A stretch of DNA of 64,000 bases, taken from Octopus sinensis. Taxonomy: Eukaryota. Shown here piece after piece: positions 11,144-24,852 of the stretch. The notes beneath the pieces were generated by a model. It was not told where the DNA came from, made no database searches, and saw only the letters and a program-made list of their open reading frames with translations. A program made the position numbers and the translations under genes. Position 1 is the first letter of the stretch, and each line of letters starts with the position of its first letter. The stretch spans positions 46,438,001 to 46,502,000 of the forward strand of contig NC_043000.1 in the NCBI RefSeq assembly GCF_006345805.1, written 5' to 3'.

Positions 11144-12345
11144 CTAGCTGAAGGTGACCCGCTCTACGCGCGGGTAAGAGTGTGGGTGTTACTTTCTGTT
11201 GCTTCCTTTCAGCACGTAAAAAGCACCATCCGAACGTGGCCGATTGCAGCACCGCCTTGACTTGCTTCTGTGCTGGTGGCACGTAAAAAGCACCATCCGA
11301 ACGTGGCCGATTGCAGCACCGCCTTGACTTGCTTCTGTGCTGGTGGCACGTAAAAAGCACCAACCGATCGTTGCCACTGCGAGCCCCCCTGGCACCAGTG
11401 CCATCGGCACGAAAAAAGCACTCACTACACTCACAGTGTGGTTGGCGTTAGGAAGGTCATCCACCTGTAGAAACACTGCCAGATCAGACTGGAGCCTGGT
11501 GCAGCCTCCTGGCTTCCGAGACCCGGTCACACTGCCCAACCCGTATTTGTTTCTCTCCGTATTTGTTTCTCTCTCACTTTCCCACTCTCTTACTTTTCTT
11601 TTCTCTCTGACTCTCCCTCGCTTTCTCTTACTCTCTATCTTTATCTATCTCTCTCCCATTTATAAACAACAGAAGATCTTGAGTAAGTTGAGAAATAAAA
11701 TATTTAGAAAGATCAATCAGAAATATGAGGCAGTGGCAATGGAAAGGTCTGCTTCAAGGCAGACAGCAAAACGCTAACATTCAAAAGGGACAGACGAACT
11801 TGCGAGCTGAATAAAAATAATAAAATATTGGAAACCAAAGTTTGAAGGGATAGAATCTGAGGGATAGTAGAGTCACCATGGCTGCATTTGTTAACGACGG
11901 ACAGCAACGTAGTGACAGTTTAATGGCTGGCGTAAATTTTGAACTGATGTAAAAGAAAATTCGTAAACACCAATTTTTGAAGTGATTCTTTCTCACGACA
12001 GTAGACTCACCATGGCAAGCTTCAAAACTTCTTTATCATGGACGGCAACACATTACGATTAAAAGGCTGGCGCAAATTTTTAGCTTGATGCAACAGAGAA
12101 TTCCTAAACACCCGCTCTTTGAAATTTTAATCACCTTCCAGCCCCATTTAGACCCCTTTCACATTTTGGTTAATTAACCCGATTTCATTCGGGTGTACTG
12201 GGGCCACATTTTATAAGATGAGGAATTTTGTGTCTAGAGGTGACGCCTTTCATTTGAGGAACAAAATAGTTGTGATGCAAACTTGTCAGCACCTTTAACA
12301 TAGGTGTGCATATTTTCAGGTGAATCGACCGACTACGTAATGCAC
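11144..12345 (-). mobile_element. Second Helitron-like element containing an RTE-tail fragment
   Basis: Minus-strand 3' end acccgcgcgtagagcgggtcaccttcagCTAG; RTE-tail sequence at ~11210-11540 with a 66 bp tandem repeat; 5' boundary uncertain. Confidence 0.5.
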
Positions 12346-12523
12346 ACATATATATATGTGTATATATATATATGTGTGTGTGTGCACGCATTATATATAC
12401 AAATGTATACAAATGAGATATATATCTGTATAAATTAAATTAGAGATAAAACCACTAATAGGCAAATCAAACAGTGAAAAACCAAAAACAAAAACATAAA
12501 AAGAAAAATAACATAGAAATATA

Positions 12524-13536
12524 TCTATTATATAAAACTGTAGTTGTGTGAGTGTCTGTCCCCTTCGATTTAGATTCCTAACTACTCCCAAATTTTGCGG
12601 TGCAGTTTAACCAAATTCAGGTATCTTATAGTCGTGATTCATATCGAGCCGTCTGGGATTAGCGCGCGTCTACGATGAGTGTACGATTTTAAAAATAATT
12701 TAACATCATTTTTTATTCCATTTTAATGCATATTTTTTCGTGTGTCGATGGCGGCGGAGTTGGCGTCCACGCTCACGCCTGCACCTGTGTTGCTTCTCCC
12801 CCTTTTCCCTCCCTCGGTGAAGCTGTGGGGAATGGAGAGGGAAGGAAATCAACGTCGTAAGTATGCGTTGTGAAGGAGACCAGCGTTCTTTTAGAACAAC
12901 GACTTCATGGCTTGAAGTCGCCAAACAGAAATCGCTAGAAAAGCTGAAACAGATCCACAAAAATGGCAAAACCGCCACACAGGGCAGGTTTCCTGTGCAA
13001 ACAATTGCACAACCGAATGTTTTAGTTGTTGCACAAATCTTTATATATAAAAGTAAGGTTGTGTGTCTGTCTCCTACGATTTAGATTCCTAACTACTCCC
13101 ACATTTTGCGGTGCAGTGTAACCAAAACCGGGTATCTTATAGTCGTGATTCATATTGAGCCCTTCTGGGTATTAGCGCGCGTCTACGATGAGTCTACAAT
13201 TTAAAAAAAAATTTACCATCATTTTTTATTCCATTTTAATGCATTTTTGCATATTAAAGGGAAGTAAACTCTCTAAAAATGTCTACGACTGAGTCAACGA
13301 TTAAAAAAAAATTACCATCATTTTTTATTCCATTTTAATGCATTTTCGCTATTATATAAGGGAAGTAACTCTAAAAATGTCTACGATGAGTCAACGATTT
13401 AAAAAAGAAATTACTATCATTTTTTATTCCATCTTTAATGCATTTTTTGCTATTTTTTTGCTATAAACTCACTAAAAATGCTTATATAGTTATTTCCCTT
13501 ACAAACCCGAGCAAACGCCGGGCGATACTCTTCTAG
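12524..13536 (+). mobile_element. Non-autonomous Helitron
   Basis: 5' TCTATTATATAAAA; 3' hairpin cccgagcaaacgccggg then CTAG; inserted between A and T; extra subterminal repeat units. Confidence 0.85.
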
Positions 13537-13719
13537 TAAATATAAAATTGAAAACTTTAAATTATTTAAATTGAAAATAAAAATTATGAAATTATATTTA
13601 TAATTTGTTTAAAAATATATATAACTATGAAAAAGTATGAAAAAGTTTAATATACATAAATACAGATATATGCACTTTGTATATATACATTATATATACA
13701 ATATTTATATAGAAACCAC

Positions 13720-13945
13720 ACACACACACACATACATTAATATACATATTTATATATAGAACACACACACACATACATTATATATACATATTTATATATA
13801 GAACACACACACACACATACATTATATATACATATTATATATAGAACACACACACACATACATTATATATACATATTTATATATAGAACACACACACACA
13901 TATTATATATACATATTTATATATAGAACACACACACACACATAT
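13720..13945. repeat. ~44 bp minisatellite (tatatatagaacacacacacacacatacattatatatacatatt), about 5 copies
   Basis: Direct tandem repeats visible in the sequence. Confidence 0.85.
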
Positions 13946-14346
13946 AAATGAACGCAAGAATATCTGATTCATATATTTGTTTCCTATGCTCGTGTGTTGT
14001 TTGTTGGTGACAGACATATACTTAAAAAGAACGTCGCCGAAGTGATAGTAGGTAGGAAACAGAGTCAGTGAAAAAAGAAAAGGAAATAGCGATAGTGACA
14101 GATACTTTAAATAACCGTAGTGGACTTCTGAAGTTATGAAGAGGAGTAAGAGAGGGAAAGGAGGAGATAGGGTGAGTGAGGAAGATGGCCCCTAGCAACA
14201 CACCTTTTAGATAGGGATTTCTAACGTAGCCCGGCGCATCGTTACCTCATTCTACATGTCCTGTAAATTTTGGAGCGAATCGGACGGGGATGTAGTGGCA
14301 TTGAAAGCGATCTAAGCGGTAAAAAGCATTCAGTTTATATATAGAG
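13945..14346 (-). mobile_element. Possible Helitron 5' fragment of another family
   Basis: Reverse complement starts TCTCTATATATAAA next to (TA)n; no 3' hairpin or CTAG found. Confidence 0.4.
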
Positions 14347-15730
14347 ATATATATATATATATATAAGGTTAATCCAAAGGGAAAACATAAAAAACAACAA
14401 CACAAGAGGTGGAACAATTAAAGTATTATTATTAGGCGCTCAGGAAAAAGGGAATTGTATTGTATTGGCATCCTTTCTGTCTCGGGAGACAATGGAGTTG
14501 CGCATGTTTTTTTTTTTTGTTTTTTTTTGTAGTCTAGTCCGGCTCTTATATTTCATGTCCTGATACATTTCCTGCTGTGGCTGTGTAGTCCTATCCTGGA
14601 CAAACACTCCCTCTGGCAGGTACCACAAATGTAGCGAAGACTGTTCCTGGCTGGTTGTAGTGCCATTGGTTCATTTTGTTCTCTTACTTTATTATCATCT
14701 TATAATCATCTCATAATAATGACTTTTATGACTCGTACTACTACCTTTGTCAATCTAAATGTATATATTTGTTGTTACCTGTCATAAATACCCTTTTTCT
14801 ATTTGCAATATGCATTTTCGTTGGTTTTTCATATTTTACCCCTATATATATATATATATATATATACATATGTGTGTGTGTATGTATTTATGTATTTTGT
14901 GTGTGTGTCTGTGTTTGTCCCTGCCTCTACCACTTGACAACTGATATTTATGTTCCCATAACTTAGCGACTTGGAAAAAGAAAATGATAGAATAAGTGCC
15001 AGGTTTTAAAAAAAAAAGTAGCACTAAAAAAAAAATCAAGGTGGTGCCCCAGCATGGCCACATTCTAATGGCTGAAGCATGTAAAAGTTAAATGTTATTG
15101 GTGATATTCGCTTGGGTCTATTAGTTCGATAAGGACTCAATAACAATTGCATTTATGTAACATGTTGCATCAGAAGGATGAAAATTCTACAGCTGCCAAG
15201 TGCAATCAAAGATAAGTCGGAAGGTATGTATTATGTAGGCTAACGGTTTTTAATGCCCAGGTAGTCAAGAGCAGATACAGAGATTTTCTAAGTCCTGCCA
15301 CCCTTGACCTAACAGAATATCTAGGATGTAAACAACTGGAAGCAGGGAAGGCTTCATCAATCCTGGCTAAATTCTTTATCTATCAATCTTGTTAGGATAA
15401 AATGTAAAGAATTGGTCTCAGCAGGGTTTAAAGTCAGAATGAGAGAAGTGGGGAGAAGAGAGAGGGAGAGATAAGGAGAGGGTGGAAGTATGAGGGAGGG
15501 AGAGATTGAAGGAGGAAAAGGGAGAATTGGATAAGGGGATGAAGAAGAGAGGGAAAGATGAGGGAGAGGGAGATATGAAGAGGAGGGAAGAGGGGAGAGA
15601 GACATGGAGAGATAAGGAGAGAGAATGAAAGTCAAAGTTGGTTTCAGCAGGATTTAAACCCAAATTGCTAGAAGCCAGTAATATATTATATATATTATAT
15701 ATATATATAATATATATATATAATATATAT

Positions 15731-15760
<30 letters not shown>

Positions 15761-15761
<1 letters not shown>

Positions 15762-18626
15762 CATCATCATCGTCGTTTACGTCCGTTCTCCATGCTAGCA
15801 TGGGTTGGACGGTTCGACCGGGGTTCTGGGAAAGCCAGAAGGCTGCACCAGGCTCCAGTCTAATCTGGCAATGTTTCTACAGCTGGATGCCCTTCCTAAC
15901 GCCAACCACTCCGTGAGTGTAGTGGGTGCTTTTTACGTCCACCTGCACAGGTGCCAGGCGGGGCTGGCAACGGCCACGGTCAGATTGGTGTATTTTATGT
16001 GCCACCGGCACGGAAGCCAGTCGAGGCGGTGCTGGCATCGGCCACGAGTCGGATAGTGCTTTTTACGTACCACCAGACCAGGGATCCTGGCTGGTTCAAT
16101 TCGATTTCGATTTCGCTTGCCCCACATGTCTTCACAGCAAAGGGGGTTGGCATGGGTGCCTGTCGTACGGTCGCATTGGAGTATTTTACGTGCCACGGCC
16201 ACGAGTCGGATAGTGCTTTTTACGTACCACCAGACCAGGGATCCTGGCTGGTTCAATTCGATTTCGATTTCGCTTGCCCAACAATGTGTCTTCACAAGCA
16301 AATGGGGTTGGCATGGGTGCCTGTCGTACGGTCGCATTGGAGTATTTTACGTGCCACGGCCACGAGTCAGATAGTGCTTTTTACGTACCACCAGGCCAGG
16401 GATCCTGGCTGGTTCAATTCGGTTTCGATTTCGATTTCGCTTGCCCCAACATGTCTTCGCAAGCATGGGTGTCTGTCATCGGATGAGGTTCTATATCGAC
16501 TTCGCTTGCCTCAACCGGTCTTTGTGTCCAAGGGAGGAAAGGCATTCATAAGTGGGCTGGGCTCACTTGTCCTGCCTGGTCTTCTCACGTACAGAATATT
16601 TCCAAAGGTCTCGGTCTCTGGTCATTTCCTCAGTGAGGCCTAAAGTTCGAAGGTCGTGCTTCACCACCTCGTCCCAGGTTTTCCTGGGTCTACCTCTTCC
16701 ACGGGTTCCCTCAACTGCTAGGGATTGGCACTTTCTCACACACCTATCTTCATCCATTCTCTGCCACATGACCATACCAGCGCAATCGTCTCTCTTGCAC
16801 ACCACAACTGATGCTTCTTAGGTACAACATTTCTCTCAAGGTGCTAACGCTCTGTCGAGTATGTACACTGACATTACACATCCATCGGAGCATACTGGCT
16901 TCATTCCTCACGAGCTACGCATGTCTCAGCAGTCACGGCCCATGTTTCGCTGCCATGTAGCATGGCTGTTCGTACACACGCATCATACAGTCTGCCTTTT
17001 ACTCTGAGCGAGAGGCCTTTAGTCACCAGCAGAGGTAAGAGCTCCCTAAACTTTGCCCAGGCTATTCTTATTCTAGCAGTTACACTTTCAGCGCACCCAC
17101 CCCCCACTACTGACTTGGTCACCTAGATAACGGAAGCTATCAACTACTTCTAGTTTTTCCCCCTGGAAAGTGACGGAAGTTGTTTTCTGCAGATTTTCGG
17201 AGGTTAATGCTCCGAGCATCTGCCACATACAAAAACTATCTTCCCAGTTAGCCTACCTTTGACATTGCTGCACCTCTTATGTGTCCATAGCTTACACTGG
17301 GTACATCTTATAGAGTTTCTACCTACACCTTTTCTACAGATCGAGCAGGGCCATCTTCCTGAAGATATTTGTGGATTGTCTACCTTTCTACTTATTAGTA
17401 CTTTGGTTTTAGCTAGGTTGACTCTAAGGCCCCTTGATTCTAAACCCTCCTTCCACACCTGGAACTTCTCCTCCAGTTCTGATAGTGACTCAGCAATAAG
17501 AGCAAGGTCGTCAGCGTAGAGGAGCTCCCAGGGACAGCCTGTCTTGAATTCCTCCGTAATTGCCTGGAGTACTATGATAAATAGGAGGGGGCTGAGTACT
17601 GAACCCTGGTGGACCCCAACCTCTACTTGAATTCTTCTGTGTACATGTTGCCAACCCTAACCTTACTACGGCATCTCTGTACATGGCTTGCACAGTCCTC
17701 ACCAGCCATTCATCTATCCCTAGTTTCCTCATTGACCACCAGATAAGGATCGGGGACCCTATCAAAGCTTTCTCCATGTCAACGAAAGCCAGGTACAGGG
17801 GCTTATCTTTGGCTAGGTATTTCTCCTGCAGCTGCCTTACCAGAATATAGCATCAGTGGTACTTTTCCCTGGCACGAACCCAAACTGCATCTCATCTAAA
17901 CTAACTCTCTCTCTAATTAGTTGGGCTATGACCCTCTCCGTAACCTTCATTACTTGATCCAACAGCTTGATACCTCTGTAATTATTTGTATCTAGGGCAT
18001 CACCTTTACCTTTGTAGCAGTTGACTAGTATGCTGCTACACCAGTCATTGGGTATGACTCCTTCGTGTATCACCTGGTTGACTATACGGGTGACTAGGTT
18101 ATAGCCGACACTGCCAGATATTTTGAGCATCTCTGCAGTAATTCCTGATGGGCCTGGGGCTTTCCCTGTCTTCATGCTTCTAATTGCCTTAGCTACCACG
18201 GAACTATCACTACTCGGATAGCTGGTCCCTCTGTAGGGTCAACATTCGGCAGACTCTCTTTTTCCCATTCATTTTCCTCATTCAGTAACTTTCATAGTGG
18301 CGTCTCCAAGCTTCTCTCTTGCATCCTCATTTAGCGCAAGTGAACCATCCTCCATGCAACACATTTCTCTCCTACCACATCACGATTCTCTCTCACACAC
18401 TGTCTTGCAACACTAAATACCTCAAGTCTTTCATCCTCACGCGCAGGACATTGGCAAATTTTCTCTTATCTGCTTCCCTCTGGCTAGATAGACCTGTCTC
18501 CTAGCTTCCCTCTGGCAGTCTGATACCCTTCCCTGCTACCACCTTCTTCCAGGCCTTCCAAGCCTGTTTCTTTTGTCTAATAGCCCTGTCACACAATATT
18601 GTTCCACCACCACGTTATTTTGGGTC
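15761..18626 (-). mobile_element. 5'-truncated RTE-clade LINE with frameshifted RT ORF, PHD finger and tandem-repeat 3' UTR
   Basis: Peptides KAPGPSGITAEML, KGKGDALDTNNYRGIKLL, MQFGFVPGKSTTDAIF, LLYADDLAL, MLHGSETWA, VEGTRGRGRPRKTW; (GAT)n tail at 15761. Confidence 0.95.
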
Positions 18627-18672
18627 TTAAGGGTATAATATACATATATATATATTACATATATATATATAC

Positions 18673-18711
<39 letters not shown>

Positions 18712-18985
18712 ATATATATATAGTGACGTATTTTTGCCATTTCAATATGGCTAACCCCTAGGGTTATGTATATATATACATATACATATATATATAGACA
18801 TATTATATACATATAATACATATATTAGATATATATACTTATATATCTATATATATATACATATATATATAATACATATATATATATATACATATATAGA
18901 CACATCATATATATATCTATACATATATATATATATTATAAAACCATATAATATATACATATATATATAATATATATACACAATA

Positions 18986-19023
<38 letters not shown>

Positions 19024-19235
19024 CAACCCATAATATATATATATATACATATATATTATATACATATATATATATTACATATATATATATATACATAATA
19101 TATATAGATACATATATAGATTAATACATATATATATATATATACTATATATATTATATCCATATATATATATATACATCTATATATATATATATATATA
19201 TTATATATATTATATATATATATATATTATATACT
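18627..19235. repeat. Long interrupted (TA)n microsatellite
   Basis: About 600 bp of near-continuous TA repeats. Confidence 0.9.
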
Positions 19236-19239
19236 ATTT

Positions 19240-19751
19240 GTATTTGTATGCAGGTGTGGCTGTGTGGTAAGAAGCTTACTTCTCAACCACACGGTTCCCG
19301 GTTCAATCCCATATGTGGCACCTTGGCATGTGTCGTTTATTATAGCTTCAGGCTGACCAAAGCTTTGTGAGTGGATTTAGTAGAAGGAAACTGAAAGAAG
19401 CCCGTCGTATATATATATTATGTATGCATGTATGTAATATACATGCATATATATGGATACAGGACATCACCAACAGTGCAATAACATGAAATACATAAAT
19501 ATATACAGGGTAAATTGTCACCATTGTGATTTCCCACATGCGCATTGTTTATTTTTGGGCTTGTCAACTACGCTGCGTGGTAGGGGTAGTTGGGCACCAT
19601 CTATGAGACATTCAGCACCATGATGCAATTCACTCTGCCAGAAATGTGGAAATGACATGCTGTACTGCTTGGCAGTCATGCCAGAAGCTCCAATATGAAT
19701 ATTTCAGAATGTTTAGGTGTCAATTTGAGTGTTAGCCATGTTCCCAAAACA
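19240..19751 (+). repeat. Near-identical duplicate of 8012-8532 (SINE B 5' half plus maT 5' part)
   Basis: Colinear, including the microsatellite spacer; differences are mostly 1-nt indels. Confidence 0.9.
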
Positions 19752-19764
19752 TATATATATATAT

Positions 19765-20048
19765 ATCACGTGATCACATGACCGACCAGACCATCAGATG
19801 TTGTTACACATTGCTGGTCACAATGCGTTCACATTGTTTTAGCCTTCGAGTGACGCCACACCGCTGGCTAAGCGAGCAGGCCAACAGAAGAAAGAGTGGG
19901 AGAAAGAGTGGTGAAAGAGTACAGCAGGGATCACCCCACCCCCTGCTGGAGCCTCGTCGAGCTTTTAGGTGTTTTCGCTCAGTCTGGGAATCGAAACCGC
20001 GATCCTGCAACCACGAGTCCGCTGCCCTGACCACTAGGCCATTGCGCC

Positions 20049-20050
<2 letters not shown>
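19765..20050 (-). mobile_element. tRNA-derived SINE family C
   Basis: Reverse-complement head ggcgcaatggcctagtggtcagggcagcggactcgtgg; tail gtgatcacgtgat as at 33872-34110. Confidence 0.85.
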
Positions 20051-20100
<50 letters not shown>

Positions 20101-20571
20101 GATTACAATCAATATATATACACACACACACACATACTACAATTGTGCCACCTGGAAGTAAACAACTCAACCTACACACACTGCATGGCTAATATCTATG
20201 AACATTACCGGTAAGCACCTACTCATCCAGGAAATTCTACTTTCATTTAGAGCCTTATATGGCTTGCATATTCACAATGAAAAAAAGAAACCTTTTTATT
20301 TACTTCAACATATATCCATACACTTTAGAATAAAATTGGCAAAAGATCACCTATCTAACCACACACACACACACATTCTACTTATTTTTGCAGATATCCT
20401 AAATCTTTCAAAATATTCTCATACTATTCATATGAATTATAACTGCAATGAGAGAACGAGAGAGAGAGATTTGTTTGAATAATTTTGTTTTCTTGTTATG
20501 TGATTTTCAAGTATTTTCAACAGTGTTAACTCAGTTATAGCTGATATCATTCTTTCTCTCTCTTACCCTAA

Positions 20572-20605
<34 letters not shown>

Positions 20606-21849
20606 TTCTATCCTGTAAACACACTCAACATATATATTTATATCTTAATCATTGAGAATAATCTCTTACCACCCTTTTTCCTTTCCTCTCATTCTTTCTA
20701 TCTGTCTGTCTCTCTTTCTGTCTCTCTCAATTTCTTTTTGTCTTCCTCTATTTCTCTCTCTCTTTCTATCTCTCTCCATTTCTCTTTCTCCTATCCCAGT
20801 GTCACCCTCACCATACCTCTTCCTCCCCCTCCTTCACTGAAGGAAGTCAAAGTTAGGTACACCATGTATTTTAAACATTTGGATGTTACAGTATAGACTG
20901 CATAAATCTTATTGATTACTACATCACTGGTTATGGATTGCATACAACTGTTTAACTATGGAAAACCCTAGCGTGACTTGCTTCAAAAATCTGCTATTGG
21001 ATTTTGTTCAAGTTTTACAGGGATGCGAGAAATGACTCAAAGACATCTCGGCATATTGTTTTGTTTTTTGCTTTCGTCAGTTTTTTTCATAACTTTATGC
21101 TTCATATCATGGGATAGGAAATAAATACAAGGATGTTATTTTTTCTTTTTAAACCTTGATTTTTTTTTTTGAGGAATAAAAACTAAAAATTGACAGATGA
21201 GAAAAATTTTGTAATATGTTGATGCTATTATAGGATTTTATGTCAAGGCAGGAACATATTTATTAAATCTTCTATGTAATAAATCCATGGACTGTTAATA
21301 TAAATTCTTGGGACCGTGTAAAAAAAAAAAAAGACATTGTAAAATATTACCTATGAAATGAATATTCCAATATTTTAATAATAAATTACATCCGAATAAC
21401 ACATGATGTAATGAATGGTACAAAAATAGAAATGTTACATTAAAAAGATAAATTGAAGTTGACTGAGTGACTATTAAAACACTCTTACTATTGCTAAATA
21501 AATAATTGAATTATTAGTCATTTATGAAATTATTTGTTATTATTAAATTATTAATTTCATTAATCTAAAGGAAATATTTTTCAGTGATATAATAAAGTGA
21601 AGTATCTATGAATACATTGAGTTAATATACTATATTCATTATGAAACTAAAAGATGCAATTACAATTCATTCGATCAATGATAATGATAGTGGCAATTAG
21701 CTGAGTCATTAAGACGATGGTTTGCTTGCCAAAAGGTTAATGGTACATATGGCTTGAATTTAGTTATAGCCTATAAGTTGATGGTGAAGAATACCATATT
21801 CACCATATTCTAGTGATTTGGGAGTTGGGTTCTTTCATTCCTCTGATCC

Positions 21850-22870
21850 CCTGGTCTGTGACTTGTACAGAGTGATTAAGCTACTGGAACAGGGAATGAC
21901 AGTATTAGTGTTTTTAAGTAATTGATAAGGAGATAATGGAAGTTTCATGAAATGCAGTTTGGACTTATGTTGGTAACAGGAATGTCAGATGCAATTTTTA
22001 TTGTAAGTCAGTTACAAGCAAAGTAAAGAGATAAGAGAAAGTTCTTTCTTGTATTTGTTAATCTGGGAAAAGCTTTTGGCTGGGATCCAAGAAAAGAGGT
22101 AACACAGGTATAAAGAGAGAACTAGAGGAATAAGCAGTTGAAATAGTGATGACAATATATGGGATACAACAGTAACGAGTTGAAGTAAATGTTGTAGTGC
22201 ATCAGGGGTTTGTACTAGGCCCACTACTCTTTGTAGCTGTGAAGATACTGACCTGAAGCATAGCAGAGGGTTTACTATGTTAACAGATGTCCTCATGTTA
22301 ATAGCTGAGATTATTGATGAAGTGAAAATGAATAGGTGAAAATTATGTATAAAAGCATAATGTACGTTGGTGGATATCAGGAAGATGAAGATGATCATAA
22401 GTGATGAAACACATGGTAAAATGTAAAGATTAGAAAAGTAGCCCTTTGCAGTGAGCAGGAAGGTTGTTGGAGCAAACACTTTAAATAGCTCAATATGTAT
22501 TCAAAGGAAACAGATTTACTGAAAGTATAACAATGCATGGTAGTTATATATGAACATGGCAGTGACGTTTAAGCATGTGGTATGTATGGAGCTACAGATA
22601 AAGGAAATGTTAATTTTGAAAATGGTGTGAAGATGGAAAGCGTGAGTTTATGTTGTTACTCTGATAGCATGTTAAATGGAGAAGGTGAAGATTTGGAGAG
22701 GATAACTGGAATGAGATGCACATGAAAGAAGTTCTAGAAACTGAGTTGTGAGCTAACAGGAAGAGGAGTACTACTGAAGCTAAAAAGTAAGTTGTATGCT
22801 GCATGTGTAAGAAGTGCCGTGGTTTTTGAGAGTGAGACATGGGTAATGATTGTGGAAAAAAGCAAAGGAA
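21850..22870 (+). mobile_element. Degraded RTE RT fragment
   Basis: Translates to HEMQFGLMLVTGMSDAIFIVSQLQAK and FLVFVNLGKAFG, paralleling the intact RTE. Confidence 0.7.
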
Positions 22871-22891
22871 GAGAATTTTAGGAAGACATGG

Positions 22892-23119
22892 TTAACCCTT
22901 TTGTAACTTCATTTATTTTGAGATGCTCTGTGTTTCTTTCAATTACTTTAAATATAACAAAGAATTTAGTAAAATGACTTAGTTATCATTCAGCTAGTGT
23001 TAGGAACATTAATTGCGACTAAGGTTTGGTGGAAGATTTTAATTCAAAATTTATGAAAACAAGACATTTGTACTCAGGGCCAGAGCTGGTTTCAGCCAGG
23101 CTGGTAACAAAAGGGTTAA
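22892..23119. mobile_element. piggyBac-type MITE
   Basis: TTAA|CCCTTTT...AAAAGGG|TTAA, ~225 bp; homologous to 30140-30368 and 60985-61212. Confidence 0.8.
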
Positions 23120-24806
23120 AGGTGATATGAGAGGAAATGAAGACAAAGGAGTTGGTGTGGCGAGATGTAGAGTATAAAGGAGAAGTTTATTATGATGTCT
23201 GAAAAGCTGACTCCTACATTAATGATGATATTAATAATATCTTGCTGTTAGCACAAAGCCACATTTGTAGTGACATGGAGTATTGAATCAATGGTATTTG
23301 TTTTTGTGTTGTTTTATCCAGTATGACTGACAAGTAAACTTGACCTTAATGTTTATATTATCATAACACTCCAACAATTCATCCTTATCCATCCTTTGTC
23401 ACTGACTTACTATCAACATACATTCCCCATGTTTATATTTCTGAAACTTGCACTCCTCTCCTAACACAGATATTTTCACTACACTGCTTTAAGATTTAAA
23501 AAACAAAAGTTCCTTTTTCTTCTCCATTTCATATTGTTCCCTGAACATTTGGCCCACCTAAACACCTAATCCCTTTCGCATCTACAAAAAGTCCTCTGCA
23601 TATACCTTAAAATAAGCATACTACATATTAGAAAACCTACCAACTTCCATCCTGCTTGTTATTCAAAACCACTTTCCATATAGCACTGAAGAAAATTTGT
23701 ATTGTGCTATTAAGTTACTAACCAATAATTTTGTCTATGAATGCTCAATTATTTTCTAAGTTTTAGAAAATTCTTCGTATAATATAACGACATGCAGAAA
23801 CAAGATTAAAGAGAACAAAAACGTTTGTACATGTATATGTATATATGCATGTATGTATATTTGTATGTATGTATTCGTGTATATATGCTTTTAAAAGTAC
23901 ATGAGAGTTGGATAACTGTCTGAATACACCAATACATACAATCAACCAGTCCCCTTATGAGTGGTCAAATGTTAAAATCTGATCTCTCTGTTTGTTTTAC
24001 ATTGAATTACAGCCATTAACCAATGAAATAAGGTAGGAGTATTTCTTATAAGATTTAGCAATTAATTGTTTAAAGTCATTTATATTTTTCTGCTTCTTTA
24101 TAAAACATAAAGCATCATAGATTTTTCTTCCTTTTTTTACATGTTCCATCTGTCTTCATAAATATTCTGAGAAGAAATTCTATTGTCGCCAGATTGTCTA
24201 GTTATCCTGAACTTGTAATTTCAAAGTTGAAGTGTGAGATGAAAATTAAGAAAATAAAGAGGAAAAAAAAATAAACAAAAGCATTCAATATTGATGTAAA
24301 CAATGAAAAAATGCCAAAATAGATTTTTTTATCTTTGCATTATCATTTACATATTAAGTTGCTTTGGTTTTAAATTAATTAAAAGTTGAAATTTTGTATT
24401 GGTTAATGTCCAATATTTTACTTTTATTTAACATCAACAAGCAAGCACTAAAAAAAAGAGAACATTGAAAATAAATATGAATTTGGATTTAGTCATTGAA
24501 ATGTCTACAACAAAATTTAAAAAATACATCTTTAAAATGTGCATATATATATGTGTATATTTGTTTATGCATGTGTACATATCACACTGCAATTAATTTG
24601 TTCTAAAAATATTTTGCTTTTTAAGTTTTAAAATATTAATTTTAAAAGTATACATTTATATTAATCTAATTCTTCTCAAATCCTAACCACTCTTTTCTGT
24701 CAGAAATCTTTAGAAAAATTGCACTCTAGCATTGAAATTTTTTTGCAAATTAAAATATTGAAATTACATCTTGTACACAATCTTCACATTGGACATATAT
24801 ATACAA

Positions 24807-24852
<46 letters not shown>

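Noticed and set aside
13720-13945. Regularly spaced repeats as a possible CRISPR-like array
   Set aside because: No unique spacers; an ordinary eukaryotic minisatellite
15951-16643. 230 aa ORF, the longest in the track
   Set aside because: It is antisense to the RTE 3' UTR and its length comes from stop-free 157 bp tandem repeats
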